The notes under the pieces are model-generated. The model was not told where the DNA came from. It searched no databases and saw only the letters and a program-made list of their open reading frames with translations. Shown in pieces: positions 1 through 8,400 of a stretch of 64,000 nucleotides of DNA. Each line of letters begins with the position of its first letter. The first letter of the stretch is position 1. Made by a program: the position numbers and the translations under genes. Source of the stretch: Roseibacillus sp. (GTDB lineage Bacteria; Verrucomicrobiota; Verrucomicrobiia; Verrucomicrobiales; Akkermansiaceae). The stretch is taken from assembly GCA_051251855.1 (NCBI GenBank), contig JBPOGI010000004.1, forward strand, positions 256,001 through 320,000, written 5' to 3'.

Positions 1-2168
1 AAAGGCCGCCATTCCCCCGACCCCTCGGTATCGCGATAGAGGTAGTAGTTCTTGTGACCGGTATCTGTAATTCCGATCACTTGGTTGGCCACGAGGTGAT
101 TGATGGTCGCCGCAATATCGATATTGTCGTAGGCGTTCCTTCTTAGATCCGCTGTGCTAAGAGAAGTATCGATACTGTCGATGAAATCTTGCAAATCCTG
201 CGTCCCCTCTTCCTTGCGCGTCTTCTTGGCTGAGTTGTTAGGGTTCACCAACTTGTCGTAAATCTTATAGAGCGCACCCTCATCATCAAGACCCAGACGG
301 TCTAGATAGCGGTCATCTCCATCTTCAATCAAATCCACCACCGAAAAAAAGGAACCATTCCGCTCTACTCGAACTGGGAAAGAATAATGATACCCAGACC
401 CCACCTCTCGGTAAAATTCGTAACCAAGGGTGTTGCGAACCTTACTTTTATCGGCGTAGTTGGTGATGAGATTGATGTCCTTGACTCTTCTCTCACCCTC
501 CCTCCACTTGAACCGATTTCCGTTATTAAAATCTAAATCATGACTTTTCTTCGGAAAAGTCGGACCAGCCGTCGACTGCCCGTGCAGGTCCATCTGCACG
601 TTGTCGTAGAACTCACCCAAGTAGGACAACGAAACGCGATCACCGCTGCGGGTATCAACAGCAGCAGCATCATCCACAAAAGTCTGCAACACCGGTAAAT
701 TTGCAAGCGCCACTTCAGGATCATTCGCCACCGTGCCATAGTACTGGTCCGCATCCAGCGGGTCCAAATATGGAGGCGAAGTGCGAGTCTTGGCGTTCCC
801 ATCTACCGCCTCAAACCGCCACCGAAACATCTCCCCTTCCGAAACCTGCGAAGTAGGAAGCGCGCCACTGTAAATTCCATCCGCAGCGACCAAATCAACC
901 CCCGTGCCATCATCAACGAGCACCACCGCACTCTCCGCTCCGAACATCGTGCGATGATACGCAGTCACCGATTGCACCTCGCTCGTGCCCTCGAACACTT
1001 CGGCAGTCACCTGCAGAGGCGGACTACCTGAACTACCCGTTGGAGCCATTTCTGCAACTTCAGTCACCTCCCCGAAGATGGGCGCTAGTTCGGACTCCCC
1101 AAGCCCATTGCTCTCCCCAGGAGTAGGATTCAAAAAATAGACCGGCGCTCCCGCTACCGAGAAAGACCGAGTCACCACCAACTCCGGCTGCAATAGTAAA
1201 TCAGAGCTATCAACGGTGCGATTGAAACATTGGAAAGCCAACAGATTCGCCCCCTCGTTGAAAGACGCCGTACTCAGGTCGACATCAAAATAGATCTGCT
1301 CGTCATTGAGACCGTCGTTGCGAGTGGTTGTCGAAATCGAGTCCCAGTTCGCGGGACTCGGGTTTCGATCTGCCGCGACTGGCGCTCCATTTAAAAAGGC
1401 CGCAAAGCCATCGTCCCAGCGCATTCGCAGCGAAGCCGACACAATCTGATTCGCATCAGTGACATTGAAGGGAACCCGAATGAAGGCCGAAGGATTCACA
1501 TCAAACATCCGCGACTGAATATCTCCTCCGGGCCCAATCCAAGCGCCATAAGTTCCGGTCCCCGTCTCATACCCCACCCCCAAATTAACCGCCGTCCAAG
1601 CACTCCCCGAAAAGGCCCCGCTCAAATTCGTGTTCCAACCCGAAAACTGGGAATTGAACTGAGCCTGACTCGTCGGCACTCCCGCCCGCCCCGGAGTTTC
1701 CAGCGCGACCACTGTTTCGGTAGCAGAGCCCTCCTCGCTGCCATAGGAAACATCGGTCGCCTGCACTGGATATTCAGGACTAAACTCGGTCGCGATCGTC
1801 GTGCCATCACTTTCTACCAGTGCAAGATACTCGCCTCCTTTACTCAAAGAAAAATTGGTGTGCAGAGGTAACCCCGCAATCGCTCGATCCCGCCCCGAGG
1901 CAAAAATGACCATTCGCCCATTCGCGGCAATCGTGACCGCCGGAAAACTCCACTTTCCTAGATTAGAGGACTTGTCGGTCAAACTCCAGCCATCGAGGTC
2001 AACCGGCGATACGCCATCATTATAGATTTCGATCCAATCCGGCTCGTCGCCAAAGTCATCCTTCAAGCCATCAGAGTTGGAGGCCACAAACTCCGAGATT
2101 CGAACCTCCCCCAAGGCCGAGGAAAGCACAAAGGGAAGAATGGCTAGAATAGGAAGAAGGGCTCTCAA
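1..2168 (-). CDS. Secreted lamin-tail-domain (LTD) / CotH kinase family protein, 3' end beyond the window edge
   Basis: Not in the ORF track. Manual minus-strand translation from TTG at 2168 gives a signal peptide (LRALLPILAILPFVLSSALG) and then EVRISEFVASNSDGLKDDFGDEPDWIEIYN (LTD). The same frame gives GHKNYYLYRDTEGSGEWRP (CotH-type motif) at the window edge. Confidence 0.85.
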   Translation of the reverse strand, partial: MRALLPILAILPFVLSSALGEVRISEFVASNSDGLKDDFGDEPDWIEIYNDGVSPVDLDGWSLTDKSSNLGKWSFPAVTIAANGRMVIFASGRDRAIAGLPLHTNFSLSKGGEYLALVESDGTTIATEFSPEYPVQATDVSYGSEEGSATETVVALETPGRAGVPTSQAQFNSQFSGWNTNLSGAFSGSAWTAVNLGVGYETGTGTYGAWIGPGGDIQSRMFDVNPSAFIRVPFNVTDANQIVSASLRMRWDDGFAAFLNGAPVAADRNPSPANWDSISTTTRNDGLNDEQIYFDVDLSTASFNEGANLLAFQCFNRTVDSSDLLLQPELVVTRSFSVAGAPVYFLNPTPGESNGLGESELAPIFGEVTEVAEMAPTGSSGSPPLQVTAEVFEGTSEVQSVTAYHRTMFGAESAVVLVDDGTGVDLVAADGIYSGALPTSQVSEGEMFRWRFEAVDGNAKTRTSPPYLDPLDADQYYGTVANDPEVALANLPVLQTFVDDAAAVDTRSGDRVSLSYLGEFYDNVQMDLHGQSTAGPTFPKKSHDLDFNNGNRFKWREGERRVKDINLITNYADKSKVRNTLGYEFYREVGSGYHYSFPVRVERNGSFFSVVDLIEDGDDRYLDRLGLDDEGALYKIYDKLVNPNNSAKKTRKEEGTQDLQDFIDSIDTSLSTADLRRNAYDNIDIAATINHLVANQVIGITDTGHKNYYLYRDTEGSGEWRP

Positions 2169-2290
2169 ATAGAAAAGGGGTTTTGCTCTAGAAAGGTAAA
2201 TGTCTCTTCGTGACCCATCAATGAAGAAAACTCACCTCGAAAGCTGGGCCACCCCCTTCCAATGATCCCACCCCTCCGAGAGCTTCCCCC

Positions 2291-2965
2291 TTGTCCCCTA
2301 TTCTCGAACTGTTAGCCTCCGAGCAACGCTCCTTCCCTGCTTTGAACAACGACATCGACACCAGCGCCACTCTGCTCCTGCGTCTCCGCGACAAGGCTGA
2401 TCAGGCATCTTGGAACGAATTCGTCGAAATTTACACCCCTCTCCTCTTCGCCTATTGCCAAAAGAGGGCCATCGCACCCCAAGACTCCGCCGATATCGTC
2501 CAAAACGTCTTTCTCTCCGTCTCAAAGGCTCTGAAAACCTTCCAATACGATCCCGCCAAGGGACGCTTCAAGGCTTGGCTCTTCACCGTTCTCCGCAACG
2601 CTATCAACGGCCATTTCCGCAAAGCCAGCCGCACCCCAGACACCACCAGTGAACCCTTTCTCCTCGAGCAGGCCCAAGATGAGGATTTAGAGATGGATTG
2701 GGACCGCGACTATCGCTTGCGGCTTCTCCGCTGGGCCATGGACAAAATCGAGCCCGAGTTCACCCCGCGCTCCTGGAGCATTTTTTACAAGACCGCCATC
2801 GAGGACCAATCCCCCGATCAGGTCGCGCAGGAGCTGGGCATGAACAAAAACGCAGTCACGGTGCAAAAATACCGCGTCGTGCAGCGTCTCCGGCAAAAAC
2901 TGCAATCCATTGATGCCGCGCGCTGGGAGGAAGACCTCGTCGCCGAAAAAGGAGCCCAAGGTTAG
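2291..2965 (+). CDS. ECF-type RNA polymerase sigma-70 factor
   Basis: TSATLLLRLRD...SWNEFVEIYTP, DSADIVQNVF, GRFKAWLFTV (sigma2) and a C-terminal sigma4 HTH (PDQVAQELGMNKNAV). Start codon uncertain. Confidence 0.93.
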   Translation: MSPILELLASEQRSFPALNNDIDTSATLLLRLRDKADQASWNEFVEIYTPLLFAYCQKRAIAPQDSADIVQNVFLSVSKALKTFQYDPAKGRFKAWLFTVLRNAINGHFRKASRTPDTTSEPFLLEQAQDEDLEMDWDRDYRLRLLRWAMDKIEPEFTPRSWSIFYKTAIEDQSPDQVAQELGMNKNAVTVQKYRVVQRLRQKLQSIDAARWEEDLVAEKGAQG

Positions 2966-3018
2966 AAACCCTGTTATCGCACTCACTCCTTCGTCATAGA
3001 TCTCTTCAGACAATCCTC

Positions 3019-5205
3019 ATGCAAAACGAACGCCCCGATTCCGATCTCATCCAGCGATGGATCGCGGGCACCCTGAATGCCGAGCAAGCCCGAGTGGTCG
3101 AATTCTACTTCGAGCAGCATCCCGAGGAACTTCCTGATCCCCTCGTCCCTCCCTTGCTCAAGGAAGCCGCCCACACTACCTCTCCCGAAGTGGGCGAACT
3201 CATCGAAACCCTTAAAAAACAGTTCACGAACCAAGCCTCGAACGCCGTCGGTATCACGAGCTGGGTCGACCTCCTCACTCCCTCCGACGAACCCGAGTTG
3301 CTCGGTCACTTGGGAGGCTTGGAAGTCCTCGAAGTCGTCGCCACTACCGCGATGGCCATAGTATTGAAAGCTCGCGACCCGAAGAACGACCGCCTCGTCG
3401 CCATCAAGATTCTCTCCCCCGTCTTCGCAACCCAAGACACCGCCCGCGAGCGCTTCCTCCGCGAAGCCAGTGCGATGGCCAGCCTGCAACACGAAAGCAT
3501 TCTCCCCGTCTATCAGGTACAAGCCGATGACATCCCCTGGTTCACGATGCGCTATGTCGAAGGCGGCACCTTACAAGATGCCCTCGACGCAAAAGAACCC
3601 TTTCTATCCACGCCCGAGTTCATCGAACGTCTCGCCACCAAGGTCGCTCAAGCCCTCGCACTCGCCCATCGCGAGGGGCTCATTCATCGCGACATCAAGC
3701 CCGCCAATATCCTCCTCAGTAGCGACCGCGCGCAAATCTGGTTGGCCGACTTCGGCATCGCCCGCGCCACCGACGACCCCAGCCTCACCCAAGGCCAAGC
3801 CCTCGCTGGCACCCCGCGCTACATGTCTCCCGAACAAGCCCACGGAGCGCCCCTCGATAGTCGGAGCGACATTTTTTCACTGGGCGCCGTTCTCTACCAT
3901 TGCGCCACCGGGCACCCTCCCTTTCCCGGTGAATCCAGCACCCAAGTCCTCCATCAAATTTCCACCACAGAACCGACTCCCCTCCCCAGCATCCGTCCCG
4001 GCCTCCCCACTTGGCTCTCCCAACTCATTCACGACTGCCTCCAGAAAAAACCCTCCCAACGCCCCGAGATTCTCACCGCACTGCGCGAACGCTCCGCCCG
4101 TCGAAAGCCCCTCCTCAAATCCATCGCCATCGCCGCAGCAGGCCTGATCGCACTGGGCCTCATTCTCACCGGCGTTCACTTCCTCACCAACGGATCCAAA
4201 AACAAACAACACCAAAAATCTAAAAAATCATCCCTTCAAAAAATCTTCGTCCCTGACACCGGAAAATACTACGCAGACCTCGCCCAAGCCATCCACGAAT
4301 CTCCCCCTAACTCCATCCTCGAATTGGACGGCACCTTCCTCATCCAAGAACGCATCATCACCGAGCCCGGCATCGGATTGCATCTGCGAGCGGCCCCTGG
4401 AACCCAGCCCCAAATCATCATTCGCGGAGCCCTCATTGGATTGGAAATCAACGGCAACACCACTCTCGAAGGAATCCACTTCAAGCACTATGGACTTCCA
4501 GGCGAAAAATCCATCCTCATCGCCCGCAATGCCGAGACCCTCACCGTCTCTGACTGCTCCTTCCTCAGCGATGCCAGAGCGGCCACCGACATCAAGCCCC
4601 TCTGGGCGCTCACCGCGCTCTCGATTGACAAAACCACAGTCGAGCGCTGCACCTTCCAAGGACAAACCATGGGAGCCATCGTGCTTTACGATGCCAAATA
4701 CACCCGCCCCTTCCGCAATGGCAACCTGACCCTCAAGCATTGCCTCTTCAACTGCTCTTGCGGCGTTCACCTCCGTGCCCGCAGCCCACAGTCAGAGTTC
4801 GATATCATAGCTGAAAAAATCATCTTCCGAGGCAACTACTTCCTCGCAGGATCCAGCCACAACGACTTCCGACCCACCCGGTTCACCCTACGCGACAGCC
4901 TCCTCGATGCCACCGAAGCAGTCATCTTCGACTACCAAGGAAACCTCCGAAATTCCAAGAAACAACTCGCCATCACCATCGAGAACAGCCTCTACGCCGG
5001 TCCCGAAGGAGCCCTCGTGGTCACCGGTGAGAAGGCGACCGTTGAGAGACTGCCAGCCATCGACGATGCCAAAGCACTCCTCTTTGGAAAAAAAGAACTG
5101 CTCCCCGGGAGTCTCCCCACCAATCTCACCCATCCCGCGATGGCGACCTTCGAGACCGCACCCCGGCCCAATCCGGACTTTCAGTTTCCGCGCAATCATC
5201 GATAG
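3019..5205 (+). CDS. Membrane-anchored Hanks-type Ser/Thr protein kinase with C-terminal beta-helix-like extracytoplasmic domain
   Basis: VAIKIL, RFLREA, HRDIKPANIL, DFGIA, GTPRYMSPEQ and DIFSLG motifs. One TM segment (AIAAAGLIALGLILTGV) is followed by repeats such as LTVSDCSF, TTVERCTF, LTLKHCLF. Confidence 0.93.
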   Translation: MQNERPDSDLIQRWIAGTLNAEQARVVEFYFEQHPEELPDPLVPPLLKEAAHTTSPEVGELIETLKKQFTNQASNAVGITSWVDLLTPSDEPELLGHLGGLEVLEVVATTAMAIVLKARDPKNDRLVAIKILSPVFATQDTARERFLREASAMASLQHESILPVYQVQADDIPWFTMRYVEGGTLQDALDAKEPFLSTPEFIERLATKVAQALALAHREGLIHRDIKPANILLSSDRAQIWLADFGIARATDDPSLTQGQALAGTPRYMSPEQAHGAPLDSRSDIFSLGAVLYHCATGHPPFPGESSTQVLHQISTTEPTPLPSIRPGLPTWLSQLIHDCLQKKPSQRPEILTALRERSARRKPLLKSIAIAAAGLIALGLILTGVHFLTNGSKNKQHQKSKKSSLQKIFVPDTGKYYADLAQAIHESPPNSILELDGTFLIQERIITEPGIGLHLRAAPGTQPQIIIRGALIGLEINGNTTLEGIHFKHYGLPGEKSILIARNAETLTVSDCSFLSDARAATDIKPLWALTALSIDKTTVERCTFQGQTMGAIVLYDAKYTRPFRNGNLTLKHCLFNCSCGVHLRARSPQSEFDIIAEKIIFRGNYFLAGSSHNDFRPTRFTLRDSLLDATEAVIFDYQGNLRNSKKQLAITIENSLYAGPEGALVVTGEKATVERLPAIDDAKALLFGKKELLPGSLPTNLTHPAMATFETAPRPNPDFQFPRNHR

Positions 5206-5333
5206 CCTGACCCTCTCTTCCCCCATTTCCGCAGAAGCTTCTACTCCTCGATTTTAACAATCAAGACAACCGAATCAAAGAGAGACCACCAAGGAAACTC
5301 GCAACCTTGCTCCTCGCCCATAGAAAAAAAAGA

Positions 5334-5360
5334 TGTAATCATTATTCGGTTTTGGATCTA
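5334..5360 (+). promoter_or_regulatory. Candidate ECF-sigma promoter (TGTAATC-N16-TCTA) for the giant beta-helix gene
   Basis: tgtaatc attattcggttttgga tcta, about 45 nt before ATG 5405 and directly downstream of the ECF/kinase pair. Only resembles general ECF -35/-10 architecture. Confidence 0.3.
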
Positions 5361-5404
5361 AAGGGACCAGAACCCCCGCCCTAACAACGCACTCCTATCC
5401 TTCC

Positions 5405-8400
5405 ATGACTCCCTCTCACCTCAAACACATCACCGCCCGCAGCCTTCTCGTCTTTTTGGTCTCCTGCCTTAGTCTCAATGCGCAAATCTACGTGGACGCC
5501 TCCGCCACCGGGAGCAACAACGGCACCTCTTGGACGAATGCCTACAACAATCTCCAAGACGCTCTTGCGGCCGTGCCATCCTTCGGATCCAGCATTCTCG
5601 TGGCAGAAGGCGTCTACTACCCAGACGAGGGAGGGAGCACCACGAACAATGACTCATCCGCCCGTTTTAGCATTCCTGAAAACGCCATCCTCTTTGGTGG
5701 CTATCCGGCAGGAGGTGGGAGTGCAAGCACCCGCGACCCCTATCATAACCGCACGACCCTCTCGGGAGACATCACGCAGGACGATATCCCAGCAAAAAAA
5801 GGAAACCCCACTGAATTCGTAGGAACGAACTCACTAACTGTCGTTAGTATCACCTCAGGAAACCTGACCTCCCTAGATGGCTTTGAGATCCGAAATGGAG
5901 ACATAGGAATCAATTTTCACGGCTCGGCAGGGGCCGTTTGCGAGCGGACGATCGAGCAATGCTTCATCGTTAACAATTCCATTGGAGTGAGAATGACTTC
6001 ACTCCATAAGTCCTCATTTACGATTCCTCTCTTCATCAACTGTCAGTTCTCTGGAAATTCTGACGAGGCCGTCTTCGTGGATGGTGCCAAACCCTCGTTC
6101 TTGAATTGCACCTTCCAAGGAAACGCGTTTGCGATTTACGCTCTGAATGGAAACATTGGTGTCGCCCTCCCTAATACACAGATCAATAAAAGATCGAACC
6201 TCTCCTTTACCAATTGCATTTTTTGGAACAACTACCCTTTAGATAGTAGTTACCTCTTCGCAGAGGAAGGGAGTGACGGAATTTTTCTAGAGCCCCCTTT
6301 CGTCACGCCTGGTGGAGTGCAACATTTCCAAGCCCAAGCCTCATACACCAACTGCATGCGTCAGACCCCCACCGCAACCGTCTCACCCCAGTTTATCGAA
6401 GAACTCCAGAACGATGAAATCCCAAGCCACCGCGGTCTCCTTCGCCTGGGCCTCGACTCCGATTCGATCGACGCCGGGGTCGCCGCACCCGACGCGGGCA
6501 CTCTAGACTTGGCTGACAATCCTCGTGTTCGCGGAGCGTCTATCGACCAAGGCTGCTTTGAACACCGTGGCTATATTTACGTCGATCAAGCTGCAGGCCC
6601 AGGCGGCAACGGAGCTTCGTGGGCAAGTTCCTTCCAAACCCTCGAAGCGGCCCTCATTGTGAGCGCGCGCGGCCAGCACATCTTGCTCGCGAAGGGAGAC
6701 TATTACCCGGATGAGACAGACAAGCGCTCGGACACCTTCACTATAGACGACATCTTTCTCTATGGCGGCTACCCAGCCGGAGGTGGCCTGCCTAAAGAAC
6801 GGGACCCAAATTTTCACAAAACCACTCTCTCCGGCGACCTCTTGCAAAACGGAAACACCATCAGCGACGACTCCCACCATGTCGTCACCATTCCTCAAAA
6901 ATCCTTCGGCGTGATTGACGGGGTCACCATCATTCGCGGAAACACCGAGGGCGCGACCGATAAGAGAGGCGCAGCCATCTACGCTCCCAGTGAAGCCCAG
7001 CTTTTTCTCCGTAACTCCTCTCTGCTCCAAAACACCTCCACGACGAATGCTGGAGGAATCTACCTTGGAAGCAATAGTGCCGCCAGCATTGAGAATTGCC
7101 TTTTCAATGAGAACAACGCCGCTGGCAAGGGCGGCGGCATCTACGCCTCTTCCTCGGCGGTCCATCTGAGCAACACCACCTTCGACGACAACGCCGCCTT
7201 CCGAGGTGGAGCTATCTATGGCCTCTCCACCTCTGGAGAATGGAACGAGTCACTCTTCGATGGCAACAATGCCAGCGACTCCGGCGGGGCAGCTTATCTC
7301 ATCACCTCCTTACCCGGCCACCGGGTCACCTCGACCACCTTTCGCGACAACGCCGCAGCATCCCAAGACGGGGGCGCTCTGTTAGAGAGCGGGCAACCCT
7401 CCTCGTTCGAAGGCTGTCTTTTCGAGGGAAACAGTGCTGGCGATGATGGCGGCGCGGTCTCCACCAGCAGCGCAGGAAGCGTATTTGAGAATTGTCGCTT
7501 CAAAGGAAATGCAGCCAATGACAATGGAGGCGGTCTGTGGATATTAGCAGCCTCACCTGACATCATTCATTGTGGCTTCCACGGGAACTCCGCAGGTGGA
7601 GACGGTGGCGGGTTTGCTATGAGCTTCAATAGCCAACCCGAGGTGAGCGGCACTTGGATTTGGCAAAATTCCGCCAGCGGAGTCACCAATACCCTTTCCG
7701 CCTCGGCCTTCATTCCTCCCCGAACTGCGGCCACCTTTATCGACTTTATCGACGAGACGAGCTACCTGCATAATTTTCCAGAAGCCCCTCTCCTCTTCGA
7801 CGGTATGAATGGTCCAACGATCCAAGTAGCCAGCGAACTCGATCCCCTCGCCTCCCCCCAGACGGGCGGCGACCTCCACCTCGTCTACCCTTCTCCCAGC
7901 GTCGCCAATTCCGATCCGCTCTTACTAGGACCTGATTTGGCCCAAAAGTTCATCATCGGCGCTGGGGATGTGAGCGGTCTTCGTGCAGCTCTCGCCATCG
8001 CCGAGCCCTTCGACGTCGTTTACCTACCTGCAGGAAACTACGATCTGCTGAATGAAAGTCTCGTCGTCCGGCCTGGCACCCAACTGGGGTCCTCTTCTGC
8101 AAAAATTCCCAGCACTCAGATTGGTGACGATCCCACCGACGTCACTCCCACACAACCTCTAGTCAGAAGACAAGGAACCACCAGGCTTCGGCCCTACCTC
8201 TTCACGACGGGAGATTTCGCCTCGAGAGCACAAACACTCCTCTCACTGCAAGGAAGTGCCACCCTCTTTAACTTGGACATTGGAACCGGGCGAGCCAGCG
8301 AACCTGCCTCTCTCGCCGGTCTAGGGTCAGCGATCCGCACGGTAAGTCTCGGCGAGGTCAAGATACACGATAGCGAACTGTTAGGCGGCGTTCACACCGG